In this document: positions 62,931 through 64,000 of the stretch, piece by piece
Layout of the letters: each line of letters starts with the position of its first letter
How positions within the stretch are numbered: the first letter of the stretch is position 1
Program-made: the position numbers and the translations under genes
Notes under the pieces: generated by a model
Database searches by the model: none
What the model saw: only the letters and a program-made list of their open reading frames with translations
What the model was told of the DNA's origin: nothing
NCBI GenBank assembly: GCA_002104905.1
Contig: MCFE01000357.1
Span: 23,900-87,899, forward strand
DNA length: 64,000 nucleotides
Direction of reading: 5' to 3'
Origin: Basidiobolus meristosporus CBS 931.73
Lineage: Eukaryota; Fungi; Basidiobolomycota

Positions 62931-63783
62931 TCAGGCAGAGGTTGTAGCTTCTTCAGAGGCAGCATTGACAATGTGACCTGCAGAGTCCCAGAGCTCTTCA
63001 AATGGTGCATCACTTAAGTCAGCAAGGAGGGAAATGGCATGGTTCTTGAGGAAGTATGCCACATCATAGGAGGGGGCTTGTCTCTTGATGGCAGCAAAGA
63101 AAGACAGAATGGCAACATGGGCTGGAGGCTTGTTGAACAGTAGAGAGTCAGAGGATTCAGATTCTTCAGGCACTATCTTGAAGTCAGTTTTCAGCCAGTT
63201 AAGGTTCTTCTCCACAAAGGCAACAAATGGGTCAGCAATGTTTTGGTCTAGGATAACCTCCAGAATCTTCCCTTTTCTCCAGGCCAGATTGACAATTCTT
63301 GAGAGCTGAATATTGCATGCCTTGAGTGCTTTCCTGATGTTGGAAATGGGAGTCCAGGGAACTTGCTTCAAGTACACCACAGTCCAGGTAGAAGCTGGTG
63401 GTAGGTTTGCTGGGGGCTTGTAAGTCCTTCTGTGTGGCAATGGAGCTGCAGTAGTCAGATTGGAGTCCACATTCTCAGTAGAGGGTTTGCTTGATGTGTC
63501 TTGCTGAATGGTACTGGAGCTGGATGTGCTGATTATTCTTGCTAGAACCTTGCCTGCATAAGTCTGAGGTATAGCTGAGGTGACTGTAGTGGTGGTGGCA
63601 GCTGGTGCAGGTGGAGAGGCAGAAACTGAAGCAGGAACTGAGGTCACCTGGGAGAAGGCAGTAGAAGCAGGTTTTCTGGGAGGAACAGAGTTCACTATCC
63701 AGTTGTTCTGTAAAACACTGGAGTAGCTTTTCTGTGGAACAGGATCTTGCTCTTGAACAGGAACAGAAACAGGAGGCTGGGGC
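62931..63783 (-). CDS. LINE ORF1 (Pro/Ser/Thr-rich N-terminus plus RRM-like core), 5'-truncated by the telomere
   Basis: WTVVYLKQVPWTPISNIRKALKACNIQLSRIVNLAWRKGKILEVIL; the frame is open from the telomeric repeats to TGA 62933-62931 with no ATG start. Confidence 0.75.
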
Positions 63784-64000
63784 TTAGGGTTAGGGTTAGG
63801 GTTAGGGTTAGGGTTAGGGTTAGGGTTAGGGTTAGGGTTAGGGTTAGGGTTAGGGTTAGGGTTAGGGTTAGGGTTAGGGTTAGGGTTAGGGTTAGGGTTA
63901 GGGTTAGGGTTAGGGTTAGGGTTAGGGTTAGGGTTAGGGTTAGGGTTAGGGTTAGGGTTAGGGTTAGGGTTAGGGTTAGGGTTAGGGTTAGGGTTAGGTT
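63784..64000 (+). repeat. Telomeric repeat (TTAGGG)~36, right-arm orientation
   Basis: Perfect TTAGGG array to the end of the window. Confidence 0.99.

Larger units (their letters stand above)
60092..63783 (-). mobile_element. Telomere-adjacent non-LTR retrotransposon copy 1 (ORF1 + APE endonuclease + RT), 3' end ...CTGTCTCCCCCCCTAACCCTAA
   Basis: ORF1 followed by APE/RT ORF2; the 5' end abuts the telomere; the 3' junction is (TTAGGG)2 on the + strand at 60092-60103. Confidence 0.95.

Overview
Eukaryotic (fungal, probably an early-diverging lineage; this is inferred, not identified) chromosome end, finishing in about 36 copies of TTAGGG (63784-64000). It has three compartments. (1) 1 to about 19.75 kb is a strongly CpG-depleted block of nested, decayed transposons: Ty1/copia elements, solo LTRs, and a CCC-ended CMC/EnSpm DNA transposon that is itself split by a full-length copia. 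(2) About 19.75-55.9 kb is a CpG-normal island of intron-containing genes: Msn2/4-like C2H2 factor, CUL4, threonine aldolase, an unknown repeat protein, eIF3m, MZT1, MTG1, an AcuK/AcuM-like PAS protein, DUF202, a PH-domain gene, UTR4, RPL2, TAF4, an SDR reductase, a small secreted protein, an OSCA/TMEM63 channel and an APSES factor. (3) A short (~8 kb) CpG-depleted subtelomere. The most striking feature is in the subtelomere: two diverged copies of an APE-endonuclease + RT non-LTR retrotransposon with their 5' ends facing the telomere. Both end at the 3' side in CCCTAA rather than poly(A), and both are joined to a broken copia. The distal copy is capped by the telomere within an open ORF1 frame. 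Its ORF1 and ORF2 are in frame, separated only by a UGA-CUA stop. All coordinates, alignments and counts were done by eye, and splice models are approximate.
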